Shown: positions 8,989-18,597, numbered from the stretch's first letter. The stretch is 48,388 nucleotides of DNA from Silvanigrellaceae bacterium (GCA_049423385.1 JBMSQQ010000014.1:1-48388); one strand, 5' to 3'. Made by a program: numbers and translations. The notes: generated from the sequence alone by a model not told the origin.

Positions 8989-10385
8989 TCCTCAAAAGTC
9001 TGCGCCAATTCCTTGCTCACGCAACTCAGCGCCCGGGTGTACATGGCAGGTGCCCAAAGATTGAACTGACGGGCAACCGGGCCAACCCGGGTGCTCTTGT
9101 CCGTCAGGGCGTGAAAGAAATTTCCACGCAACGTCAGGCTTGTTGAATACTTCAATTTGCCTCGTTCAAAGACCTTTGCACCATCTGCATCCAGAGCGAA
9201 TTGCCCGGTCAGCGGATCGAGTGACATTCCCGTCAAGTTCTGGATTTGAATGTATGACTCAGTGCTCAATTCACCCATGGGTGGTGCGTTCAAACGAAAC
9301 AAAACGTTGGTGAAGGAGGTCGAATTGACTCCCTCGGCATGGCCCGTCAATTCGAACCGCCCCTTCCAATCGGGATGAATTTCCAGGATTTCATCCAGCA
9401 GGGCAGAAGTCATCAGGGGATGAACGAGATTCCCTTCGGAGAGAATTGTCACCGGTTTCGTGGCGGTCCCCTCGAAATCAAAATAGGAAGAAAACGGTGA
9501 GCCTTCAATGTGAGGATTATCCTCAATCGACAGATTTCCAATGACCACCTGGCCGACCTGATCCAGTTCCCATGCACCGGTTTTGTCCAGCAACGACCGG
9601 GTTTCCAAATTCGGCATGACGAGCTGATCAAGCAAATCAATGACTGCCTTGTGGGTGAGAAAAACAGGTAGGCCTGCATCTGGACCCAGCGGCATCACTG
9701 CTGAACGGGATATATTCTTTGATGCAACCTCAACAACTGAAGAAAGCTCATCATCGGAAGGAATACTTCCAAACACATCATAATGGCTCTCAACAGTGTC
9801 TTCGAGCGAAAATGAACAGGATGCACTGCAAGAAGCAGATATTTCCTGAGCAAAGTTCTCCACGGAATCAAAGTACAACTTGTCGCATCTGGAAAAGGTC
9901 ACCGACAATTCACGATTCATCAAGCGTGGATGTGAGATTTTTCCGGCGTGAATTTCGAGGCGTTGCAAAATATCGAGAAGCGCATTCGACACAGATCCGC
10001 CATCAAAAAGAGCGATCAACTCATCCGAAGCAAGCTTGAAATTTGGATATTGAGCCTGCTTGCGCAAGTCCACCCGGTGTTCGAGTTCAACCGACTGTGA
10101 CAATGCAAATTCAAACTGATGCACAAACAATGCCATCGAAACCGCTTCAAGACTGAAACCCACACTCCGCCCTGCAGGAAGCAGCAACGTCACCTGAAGG
10201 TCAAATGGCGAATTTGTCTGGAGCGGCGCCTTGCTGTGCCGTTCACCATTGAACAACGATGCCGTGTGAATCTCTTTTCGCCAGAGGGTGCAGGAAAATC
10301 CATCCAGGATGCCGAGCCGCAAATTCGACTCAAGATGCTCCTTTATCGACTTTACAAACTGCATTGGCAGATGACTTTTCTTCAT
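8985..10385 (-). CDS. TldE/PmbA-family protein (divergent)
   Basis: C-terminal PmbA-type motifs (IEDNP..SSYFDFEG, TGHA, TGQFAL, LRGNF) and no HExxH. Directly downstream of a TldD-containing gene. Confidence 0.75.
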   Translation of the reverse strand: MKKSHLPMQFVKSIKEHLESNLRLGILDGFSCTLWRKEIHTASLFNGERHSKAPLQTNSPFDLQVTLLLPAGRSVGFSLEAVSMALFVHQFEFALSQSVELEHRVDLRKQAQYPNFKLASDELIALFDGGSVSNALLDILQRLEIHAGKISHPRLMNRELSVTFSRCDKLYFDSVENFAQEISASCSASCSFSLEDTVESHYDVFGSIPSDDELSSVVEVASKNISRSAVMPLGPDAGLPVFLTHKAVIDLLDQLVMPNLETRSLLDKTGAWELDQVGQVVIGNLSIEDNPHIEGSPFSSYFDFEGTATKPVTILSEGNLVHPLMTSALLDEILEIHPDWKGRFELTGHAEGVNSTSFTNVLFRLNAPPMGELSTESYIQIQNLTGMSLDPLTGQFALDADGAKVFERGKLKYSTSLTLRGNFFHALTDKSTRVGPVARQFNLWAPAMYTRALSCVSKELAQTFEE

Positions 10386-10391
10386 TTGGCT

Positions 10392-13004
10392 TTATTCCTC
10401 AACACCGTTTTCACCCGTTCCAATCACGCGGACTTTGGAATTCGGACTGAAAACCATAAATGCAGGACCACCATCGGACGTCAGGACTCCCTGTCCGTCT
10501 TTCCCGCAGGTACCAATGCTCCGGCAAAGTGTCGGCCCAAAAGCATCGACGGCCGAACGAAAACATTCTGTCGCAATTCCTGTAAAATTGGCTTCGCGCA
10601 TGAGAACCGGAGTTTGACCCTTTTTGAGATGTAGCACCCGGGCAACGTCCGCGCGAAATTCCAGGTTTGAGCAGCTGGCCGTGCCACCTTTCCAACCGCT
10701 CAAAAGAAGAACGCCCTTCGAACCGTCAAGATATCCATTTGCTTCCAAAGATTTTTGAACAACCTCGGGAGGAATATCGTCCCAAGCAATGGAGTCTTCG
10801 CCAACCCCGATGGTTTTCGATTTGGAAGGACAAACCCAAATACTGGTCATGCGGTTTAAAGACGGGTGCTGCAATGACTCGATGCGTGCACAACCATCGG
10901 GAGTACTGCCTGCCGTTCTGGCGGTGTGTCGTGTGTGAATGGCATCAATGAGCTTGCCATTGCGCACCAACAATTTTCGACGAGGCAAAACTCCCTCTGC
11001 GTCCACAGGAAGATATCCACAATTGTCGAGGGTGCCATCGATCAAGATATCAAGCCATTCCGGACCCACCTCAAGCTCCCGCATCCGGCCCGCCTCACCA
11101 AATCCCGAGGCGCAGGTTTGAATCAAGTCACCCTCCGCAGCGTGGCCAATGGCTTCATGCAGAATCAATCCCAACAAGTCTGCATCCACAGCGAGAAAAT
11201 CATACTCGGGTGCCTCCGGCACAAGTGCAGCAGGGAGCAGTGCCAGCGACTGTTGCGTCACCTTGGCAAAGTGTCGCAACAGGTCGGTCTTCAACTTTTC
11301 AGTCGAAGGAAAATGATTCTGCAAATATCGTCCATATGCAGTTCGCTTCTCACCATCTTCCGAACAGGTTGCATTTGTTGCCACACGACACACCTGGGTG
11401 ACAAAGGTCTGTTGTGAACTGTCGAGAAAATACTGCCAGCGATATTCCACTGCCATGTTGAGTCGACTTTTTACCGAATGAAGTCGTTCATCACGCTTGA
11501 GGTCATGATTCTGCTTGATGAGTCCACTGACCGTGCGAAAATCTTCGGCAAACCGAACCGAACTCCAGGGATGTTGACCCACGTGCGAAATCAGTTGTTC
11601 GCGGGATGCAAGCAGCCTTTCGCTTTTTTCTCCGGGGTCAGTTCCAATTTGCGCAAAGGCCAACGTTATGGCCTTGTAGATTTTTTCGCATGGATCAAAT
11701 CCAATCCCGGGCGTGCCCGTCTCCAAACCGGTCATACCTGCAACGACAGCCCGGATATGATAGGTCGTTGCTGCATGCACTTCAGGTGGACCCTCATCAC
11801 GTCCATTTGAGAAGGCTCGCGAGGCTGATTCACGTGTGCCTGCGAGAATGGATACGTCTTCCACCTCGTGATTCGGATGCTCAGAGGCAAATCGAGCTAC
11901 AGCTGTTTCAAGCGCGCGTGCCCACAATTTTGCGGGACTTCCGTTTGCATTCGATTCAAAGGCAAGATCAAACGTCGGACGAAAATTCTCCGGCAACAGG
12001 GGTTCCGCAAATGATCCTGAGAACGACCGGAAAACATCTGTCGTCGATAACAAATGACTCCTGTAGAGATCGAAAAACTGATCCAGAAGTTGTCGCGATG
12101 CAGAGGCAACAACGCTGCCCATCCTGAAGCGAGAATCACCCCGATGACCGTGGAGTGTGGTGAAAACGGCACCAGGCGTTTCGTCGAACAAGACCTGCAA
12201 TGCTGCAACATCGTATGGAGCCACCAGAGGATCAATCATCAGGTCCACAGCACCCATCAGTATACGCGTGTATCCGTACGCATCGCTGTGGGTTCGACAT
12301 TCACGGGAAACTTCGTTCAGCAGCGGCAAAAACGATTCAATTCCCCTGTATGCAAAAGTTTTTGGCGTCGAATAGGAAATCAAGGATTTCCGGAGAGCAT
12401 GCACATCGTTGGTTTTGCAAAATTTCCAGGATGCCTCCTGCTCGACAAAAAGTTCCGAGTATCGCGCTCCATTTCCTGAACTCGCAACGAAGACCTCGTT
12501 CAAGGCAGGAAGTGCGACGACTCCCAACACCGGCTTTCCCTTGTGAATCAAAGCCAGCAAAGTGGACCAGAGCGGAGTTTTGGAGAGAAAATTGATGGTC
12601 CCGTCGATCGGATCCAACAGCCAATAGGTGTCTTCATCGAGATTGAGCCTTCGCAAAGGCCGCTCGGAAAGTGCGTGCTCGTATGCATGCAGACCCGGCT
12701 CTGTTTTTTCCTTGTCCATGCTGTCGACCCGAGCCTGCTGATTTTCCGATGTCTCAAGGCTGCATTGAGCTCCGAATTCTTCGCCCACAAATCCGAAGCT
12801 GGGAGTCAGGTGAGCAAGTCGTTCGCGAGCAAGAAGTTCGATGGCCCTGTCTGCTTCGCTCACAAGACTTCCGTCAGCTTTTTGCTCAACCGCGAGTGCT
12901 TTTTTAAAAAATGACAAACCCAACAAACCAAGTTCTTGAACGACAGCCAAAGCACTCCGCTCGAGATCTGGCAATTGCCTACTGATTGAGCTTTTGGCTG
13001 ACAT
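10392..13004 (-). CDS. Fusion protein: inositol monophosphatase/HisN-like domain plus TldD metalloprotease
   Basis: N-half has KADGSLVSEAD, GEE, WLLDPIDGTINF and PYDVAA. C-half has HEAIGHAAEGD, DAEG, RMT and GTCGKDGQ. One uninterrupted ORF. Start set at ATG 13004 after GGAGG; the ORF is open from 13040. Confidence 0.85.
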   Translation of the reverse strand: MSAKSSISRQLPDLERSALAVVQELGLLGLSFFKKALAVEQKADGSLVSEADRAIELLARERLAHLTPSFGFVGEEFGAQCSLETSENQQARVDSMDKEKTEPGLHAYEHALSERPLRRLNLDEDTYWLLDPIDGTINFLSKTPLWSTLLALIHKGKPVLGVVALPALNEVFVASSGNGARYSELFVEQEASWKFCKTNDVHALRKSLISYSTPKTFAYRGIESFLPLLNEVSRECRTHSDAYGYTRILMGAVDLMIDPLVAPYDVAALQVLFDETPGAVFTTLHGHRGDSRFRMGSVVASASRQLLDQFFDLYRSHLLSTTDVFRSFSGSFAEPLLPENFRPTFDLAFESNANGSPAKLWARALETAVARFASEHPNHEVEDVSILAGTRESASRAFSNGRDEGPPEVHAATTYHIRAVVAGMTGLETGTPGIGFDPCEKIYKAITLAFAQIGTDPGEKSERLLASREQLISHVGQHPWSSVRFAEDFRTVSGLIKQNHDLKRDERLHSVKSRLNMAVEYRWQYFLDSSQQTFVTQVCRVATNATCSEDGEKRTAYGRYLQNHFPSTEKLKTDLLRHFAKVTQQSLALLPAALVPEAPEYDFLAVDADLLGLILHEAIGHAAEGDLIQTCASGFGEAGRMRELEVGPEWLDILIDGTLDNCGYLPVDAEGVLPRRKLLVRNGKLIDAIHTRHTARTAGSTPDGCARIESLQHPSLNRMTSIWVCPSKSKTIGVGEDSIAWDDIPPEVVQKSLEANGYLDGSKGVLLLSGWKGGTASCSNLEFRADVARVLHLKKGQTPVLMREANFTGIATECFRSAVDAFGPTLCRSIGTCGKDGQGVLTSDGGPAFMVFSPNSKVRVIGTGENGVEE

Positions 13005-13158
13005 GTTCCTGGCCTCCATCGGAAAATTGACAAGTGACATGATATATAATTCCCGCGGATATTAAAGTTTTCAGGTGACTTTGAACAGGTTCAACCGGGA
13101 ATCGTTTTGAGTTACGTTATTACAGCTGCGACCGATCGTTGAATGAGGAGAATCGGGC

Positions 13159-14367
13159 TTGAAACTGCGCATGTTTGGAGCAACTGATAAAGGCCTGGTT
13201 CGCGCCATAAATCAGGATGCCTACACGTGCGATGCAAACCAGGGCCTTGTCATTCTTTCCGATGGCATGGGAGGTCATGCCGCGGGAGAAGTTGCCAGCC
13301 ACATGGTCGTCGAGGGACTTTCCGAAGCTCTCGCAACCCTCGGCAAATTCGCGGTCGAGGAGCTGCCTGCACGCATCGATGAGACGATCCAGAGAGTCAA
13401 CACAAAGTTGATTATGAAGAGTCAGGAAGACCAAAGCTGCAGGGGAATGGGCGCCACGGTCAATGTCCTTTGCTTTGTTCATGGATTCGTAACCATCGGC
13501 CACGTAGGCGATTCGCGCACATATTTGATTCGGGCCTTCAAAACAGGGGATCAGAAACCGCGATTCGGAATCTGGCCTTTGACGATTGACCACAATCTGG
13601 GAACTTTCATCGACCGAGGGATCTTGTCGATCAGTTCGCAAACCACCGAACAACAGCTGACTCAACGCGAGCGAGCCAAACTCACACGCGGAATGGGTGT
13701 CATGCCGGACCCAAAGCCCGACATTTACACGCGCCGGATTGAAGTGGGTGATGTTTTTCTCACCTGTTCCGATGGTCTGCACGGATTTGTGTCAGACAAG
13801 GATGTTCTCAAATCGATTGTGACTGGCAATCTGGCCGAGGCCCCGCAAAGACTTGTGGAACTCGCCAAGGCAGTCGGTGCGCCCGACAACGTTACGGTCG
13901 TCTTGTCGATTGTCAGCGACCTCGAAGAGCCTTTCAGGGAATTCAACGAACCAGTTTATCAATCGAGACCTTATCTTCTCAGGCTCCCAAATGGCGACAT
14001 TCAAGGCCCCTATACCTGTGCAAAAATAATTGAGATGTGGATCAAGCGCGAATTCCCTGGAGAGACGGAACTTGCGGCCGCGCTCGGACCATGGATCATG
14101 TTGCGCAACAAAGATCAAATCGTAAAACTGTATACCGAATTCAACAACGACGTTTTCAACAATTATTTTTATCATGATCCCAGTTACAGCAGCGAATACG
14201 ATGCTCCTCAAACGGACCACTCAAGACCCATTGAAAGCCTGAACAAAAAAACCGAAGAACGAAAATCCAGGCTCTTGCTCGCAGCACTTACTGCACTTCT
14301 GATTGCATTATGTCTTTGGTACTTTGTCGCGCGCGAGATAGACATGGTTCTGTTGCCAGCATACTGA
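13159..14367 (+). CDS. PP2C-family Ser/Thr protein phosphatase with GYF-like domain and C-terminal TM helix
   Basis: TDKGLVRAINQD, SDGMGGH, GHVGDSR, LTIDH, CSDGL and PDNVT motifs. TTG start after GAGGAG. Hydrophobic C-terminal helix. Confidence 0.9.
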   Translation: MKLRMFGATDKGLVRAINQDAYTCDANQGLVILSDGMGGHAAGEVASHMVVEGLSEALATLGKFAVEELPARIDETIQRVNTKLIMKSQEDQSCRGMGATVNVLCFVHGFVTIGHVGDSRTYLIRAFKTGDQKPRFGIWPLTIDHNLGTFIDRGILSISSQTTEQQLTQRERAKLTRGMGVMPDPKPDIYTRRIEVGDVFLTCSDGLHGFVSDKDVLKSIVTGNLAEAPQRLVELAKAVGAPDNVTVVLSIVSDLEEPFREFNEPVYQSRPYLLRLPNGDIQGPYTCAKIIEMWIKREFPGETELAAALGPWIMLRNKDQIVKLYTEFNNDVFNNYFYHDPSYSSEYDAPQTDHSRPIESLNKKTEERKSRLLLAALTALLIALCLWYFVAREIDMVLLPAY

Positions 14368-14424
14368 CGGAATGCACTCTCAACCGTCCAGCTGCTCCAC
14401 ATTCTTCCGATATGGCTGAAGGAA

Positions 14425-15879
14425 GTGGAGAGTTTTGCTGTGAAAGGTAAAACAAACTCAATAATTGTACTCGTGTTTGTGGGAGTTTTTTTGAAACTTC
14501 CAGCAGCATTTGCTGTGCAAAATTTACCTGTCCGCAAGAGCCAAGCCAGTCGCCAGGTGACCGGCGCAGCTCTCGACAGACTCACTCTCTCGCTCGTCGA
14601 TCGCCTGCCCACTGAATTCGAACGTGAATTCGCACGCACGCGGGGAAATCATGGAGCCTTCGAGCTTGCAAATCATCTTGTCAAATCAAGGGAATTTTTT
14701 GACCGCCTGAGTCTCTACTGGTCGACTCAACTCAATCAAACACCAGCGTGGCTCTGGGAAAAACAAGACAACTCGACCTGGGGAAAATATTTTCAGGTAC
14801 CGGCGCCTGGGAACTTGAAACCACTTTACTTTGTTTCTCCGAAAAGCGGACAACCCACGGAAACGTTGTGTTCAGGAGTCTGGACAATAGTTGATAATGA
14901 TAAACCAATGCAATGCGGTTGCGACGACACCGTCGATGTTCTTCCGCATTGGGACACCTCCGCTTCGATGAGAGTTTGTCCAAGCGTACGCAGTGAAGAT
15001 CAGTGCGGATCCAACCTCGAAAAATGCCTCCCCTTTGACGCAAGACTTCAAGCCAGGACAAACGGACTGCTGATTGACAACGAATCGGCCGGCGGACGCG
15101 CACTTTCGCGCCTGCTCACGGATCTGTCCATGACTCATGGGCGTGGTATTGCCCTTGCCGTCGTGACAGACGAAAAATGGAGCCAAATACCGGCACTGAC
15201 AAAGACCGCAATTTCACGCAGCAGTATTGAACTCCTGCAAAAGTGGAGCGTCGGAAACCCCGAGGGACCAGCCAGTCAATTGTATTCGCTCCTCAAGATT
15301 CATGAGGCGAAGCAACCCGCGAAGTCTGTTTTGCTGCCAAACCTCACGCCTGCGCGCGGGAGAATCGGAGCAAGGACACTTTCCGAAACACCCGCAGAAG
15401 AACTTATTATTCTGCAAAACCTTGAAAAAGACACTCTCACAAAACCTCTGCGAAGCACCAAGCTGGGCTCGAATGTGTGGGCCTGGAATTCAGCACTGTT
15501 GATGAACTGCAAGATTCCACATTTGGCTCCCCAAACTTTCACCCTGCCGCTGCCTCATCCCCAAAAAGCCCGGGATGGATCGTATTTTTGCTCGAGTTGT
15601 CATCTGTCTCTGGATAAAGTGACAGAACTGATGCGCGAAAAGAAAAGCAAACAACCAAATGATTTGCTGTATGCAGCAGCCTACAGCTCCGAAGTTTCGA
15701 ATCGAAACTGTGCGGTCGATCATGCGATGCAGTTTCTCTTTGGTTATCGACCCACCGGAGAGGAAATGGCCGCTCTCCGCAAAAGCGGACAAATCTCCTA
15801 TCAGCAAAACAGGGAAAGCTTGGCTGCGGTAATCCGAGATGTGGCAATCGAGGCAGCCAGACAGGAGCCGGGTCAATGA
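14425..15879 (+). CDS. Exported Cys-rich protein with one CxxCH motif (DUF1549/1585/1588-like)
   Basis: Signal-like N-terminus, LDRLTLSLVDRLPT, FCSSCHLSLD and C-terminal CAVDHAMQFLFGYRPT..; exact start uncertain. Confidence 0.55.
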   Translation: MESFAVKGKTNSIIVLVFVGVFLKLPAAFAVQNLPVRKSQASRQVTGAALDRLTLSLVDRLPTEFEREFARTRGNHGAFELANHLVKSREFFDRLSLYWSTQLNQTPAWLWEKQDNSTWGKYFQVPAPGNLKPLYFVSPKSGQPTETLCSGVWTIVDNDKPMQCGCDDTVDVLPHWDTSASMRVCPSVRSEDQCGSNLEKCLPFDARLQARTNGLLIDNESAGGRALSRLLTDLSMTHGRGIALAVVTDEKWSQIPALTKTAISRSSIELLQKWSVGNPEGPASQLYSLLKIHEAKQPAKSVLLPNLTPARGRIGARTLSETPAEELIILQNLEKDTLTKPLRSTKLGSNVWAWNSALLMNCKIPHLAPQTFTLPLPHPQKARDGSYFCSSCHLSLDKVTELMREKKSKQPNDLLYAAAYSSEVSNRNCAVDHAMQFLFGYRPTGEEMAALRKSGQISYQQNRESLAAVIRDVAIEAARQEPGQ

Positions 15880-16790
15880 TCCCACCCTTTTGGCTCAGAA
15901 CAGACAAGATTTCCAGAACCATCACTGCAGCACTTGCAGTTGTTGGCCTGCTTGCAATTGTCGTTGTTGCCATTGGAATCAAGGCATCCGCAGAAAACAG
16001 ATCCCAAAAACAAATCCGCGACTCGGCAGATGTTCAAAATATCAAACAAACGAAAAATGCGTCTGCTCTGGTTGAAAAAGAAAAGCGCTACGAAGGCAGC
16101 GCGGTCATCAGTGAATGGCAGGCGTTTGTTGTTTATCATCCTTCATCGGAAATAACCGAGGATTCGCTGTTTCTGGATTCGAAATACAGACCTTCTGGCG
16201 GCGACTCTTCAGACAAAACAAAAGCCGGCACGGACCATCCGCAAGGTATTGTTCAGGTGCTTGGAGCCCGCTCACTGCTTCCAATACTGCGCATGGCATT
16301 TGGCGACCAGGCCAGAGGAGCCGCAGCAGCAGAACGCGACCCATGGTTTTTCACCCATCCAACTTCATTTTTCAATCCACAACAGACGAAGAGTTTGTGC
16401 GGAAGAGACATTGATATTGAAGCGGATGAAGGATCGGATATCTGCTGGAAACCAAAACTTACGAACGAATATCTCGAGACTCTTACCGACTTTGCCGGAG
16501 ACGCCTGTCCTCAACTTGTCTTGAAGGAATCCAAACAGGACAATCGCTTCATGAACAAACTTATGCGTTCATCGACTTTCTCTCCGCAAGCACTCAGACA
16601 TTTCGCAATTCAGGCTCTACACATTCCGCAAGACAGGGCCAGCGATGAATGGATCAACCACATCATGAGCGAAAGCAAAAGGTCAATTGAAGCAGAATTG
16701 GAGAGTCAGAATCAGGAGGCAAGTGCGGAAGAATTGTACGCTCTCGCTTGTCAGGAGATGCTTTTGTCCAAAGAATTCTACTCCAGATAG
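15876..16790 (+). CDS. Hypothetical membrane-anchored protein, translationally coupled to the CxxCH gene
   Basis: ATGA overlap, N-terminal TM helix, C-terminal ACQEMLLSKEFY resembling the ends of DUF1553/1595-type domains. Confidence 0.55.
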   Translation: MIPPFWLRTDKISRTITAALAVVGLLAIVVVAIGIKASAENRSQKQIRDSADVQNIKQTKNASALVEKEKRYEGSAVISEWQAFVVYHPSSEITEDSLFLDSKYRPSGGDSSDKTKAGTDHPQGIVQVLGARSLLPILRMAFGDQARGAAAAERDPWFFTHPTSFFNPQQTKSLCGRDIDIEADEGSDICWKPKLTNEYLETLTDFAGDACPQLVLKESKQDNRFMNKLMRSSTFSPQALRHFAIQALHIPQDRASDEWINHIMSESKRSIEAELESQNQEASAEELYALACQEMLLSKEFYSR

Positions 16791-17476
16791 GGTTCCATCC
16801 TGTTTTTCAATTCTGCGATCGACAAAATATCATAATCAATGTTCAACTCATCCCTACGAAAAAAGAACACGGCATCCCGTTTATTGGCCGCATCCACTTC
16901 AAGGATCTGGGATGATCCTTGATTACAGGTGCTTTTCCACAAGCTGCCCAAGGACCACTCGCCGGCCGACTCCACCACTGCGGCCTGCTTGTGCTCAATG
17001 AGAGACATCAACGAAAAACCTTTGTCATGCGAAAGTTGTGCAAGGTCGTGTCGAAAAGGCGCGCAGCGAAGGCGCCATACGGTCATTCCACAGCGCATCA
17101 AACACTCAAGTTGTGAAACAGAAGGGTGTTCTCTTTTTCCGGAAAGTGAATCAATGAACTGAAGAGCCGCGCTTTCCGCATCACGACACGTGGTCTTTGA
17201 ATTCTCAAGAAAATCGAGAGCCAGCCTTGCCAACTCCCGAACACCAATCCAACGGGCAGCATTCGCGAAAAAGTTTTCAAGCCAGTAAAGAACGATATGG
17301 TACTGCGAATGCTGGTGATGATACGCAATTTTCGAAATCTGTTCATGCGCAGCAACGTGAATCAATCCGTCTGCCCAGTGATTTTTTCCTTCATTCCTCT
17401 GCTTGAATGCTTCAAAAATCAACTGCTCAAAAGCCAGATGCGATGATGTTTCTGCGATATTTTCCTGTTTTGTCAT
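16778..17476 (-). CDS. DUF2063-like (HvfC/BufC-type) partner of a DUF692 protein, divergent
   Basis: LENFFANAARWIGVRELARLALDFL...QFIDSL..LECLMR resembles the DUF2063 pattern L..FP.....G...F..LA..Y....F..FL. It starts 1 nt after the DUF692 stop. Confidence 0.5.
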   Translation of the reverse strand: MTKQENIAETSSHLAFEQLIFEAFKQRNEGKNHWADGLIHVAAHEQISKIAYHHQHSQYHIVLYWLENFFANAARWIGVRELARLALDFLENSKTTCRDAESAALQFIDSLSGKREHPSVSQLECLMRCGMTVWRLRCAPFRHDLAQLSHDKGFSLMSLIEHKQAAVVESAGEWSLGSLWKSTCNQGSSQILEVDAANKRDAVFFFRRDELNIDYDILSIAELKNRMEPYLE

Positions 17477-17477
17477 T

Positions 17478-18368
17478 TCAAAGCTCTCCCAATCTTTTCA
17501 GGGTGCTTTGCCCATTGATGATTTCGTTGACAAGAGATTCCTGCGAAACCAGGGGTTCAAACCACTTGAGGAAAATCGCCTTGTGTTCTCCGACAGGAAG
17601 TGCACGCAGCACATCCTCAAGAAGACCCCAGTGGGTCACAGACAAACGGCCGCACTCGGCATCAATCGCTCCATGATTTGAAACAGCCAGTGCACCAACA
17701 CGCACACTCACCACATGATCGAGTGGGAATTTTGCCAATTCGCTCTCGAAGTCCAAATCCTGATGAAAAAGGCTCACGTAATACGCCGGGATATCGAGGA
17801 GAACTTTAGACTGGGTTGCATCAACCAACCGTGCCCAGAATTCGGTTTCCGACAGGGTATCGAAGGAATATCGAAACATTGAAGACACGTTGGTCAAGGC
17901 AATTTCTCGGCCGAGCCAATCCTGCATCCGCCTCACATGATTCGCCACATGATTGACAAGCTCGAGCGTTCGCGGAACAGGCATGGGCACGTGCAAGGCG
18001 TGTCCGGGCTGGGAATCAAAACCCACAGCAAAGGTAACCCACCGCGGTGAAATTTCTGCGACACATTCCTTGATGCTCGTCAGGTACATTTCTGAAGGTT
18101 GAATCTTGGCTGCAAGGTTGGAGAGGCGAGAGAACAGAGAGACGTCGGTTTTCTGCGCAAAGTGTCTGGCCCAGGAGCGATCCACAGAACCTTTCCCCTG
18201 GCCAAGCAGGCGATCGAGGCACACTTCCAGTGCCGGCAGGTGACCAGCATTGGCAAAGGACTCACACAAGTGCGGCAGCAAGGGCAATCCCCATTTGTAG
18301 GACGCGGCATCGAAAGGTGTTCCCTTCAACGACCAGTCCATTCGTGGTGCAGCTCCAAAGTCGCTCAT
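17478..18368 (-). CDS. DUF692 / MNIO-fold protein with degenerate metal ligands
   Basis: Scaffold matches DUF692 (PRWV.., PMPVPRT, VRRMQDWLGREIAL.N, SETEFW, LLD, FPLDHV). Start at ATG 18368 after GGAGAGG; the ORF is open from 18383. Confidence 0.75.
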   Translation of the reverse strand: MSDFGAAPRMDWSLKGTPFDAASYKWGLPLLPHLCESFANAGHLPALEVCLDRLLGQGKGSVDRSWARHFAQKTDVSLFSRLSNLAAKIQPSEMYLTSIKECVAEISPRWVTFAVGFDSQPGHALHVPMPVPRTLELVNHVANHVRRMQDWLGREIALTNVSSMFRYSFDTLSETEFWARLVDATQSKVLLDIPAYYVSLFHQDLDFESELAKFPLDHVVSVRVGALAVSNHGAIDAECGRLSVTHWGLLEDVLRALPVGEHKAIFLKWFEPLVSQESLVNEIINGQSTLKRLGEL

Positions 18369-18510
18369 GTCCCTCTCCCGCATGGCACAAACTACATTTA
18401 TTCAATAATAGCCTGATGACCTTTCGATTTCCGACCCCACCATTTTGCACACAAGTGCACCCACCTGCGAACGCAAGTGCCAATTCTGCGGCAATAGTGA
18501 TTACTTTGAT

Positions 18511-18597
18511 TGGTGCTCTCAGCCGGAATCGAACCGGCACGGCCTTGCGGCCAACGGATTTTAAGTCCGTTGCGTCTACCAATTTCGCCATGAGAGC
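18511..18597 (-). tRNA. tRNA-Leu (anticodon TAA), CCA encoded
   Basis: GCTCTCA..TGAGAGC acceptor stem, D-loop TGGTAGA, anticodon arm ACGGA-CTTAAAA-TCCGT, long variable arm GGCC-GCAA-GGCC, GGTTCGATTCC and 3' ACCA; 87 nt. Confidence 0.97.

Noticed and set aside
6770..9069. Long plus-strand ORFs 6770..7891 and 8122..9069
   Set aside because: Antisense shadows of PBP1A and xth.
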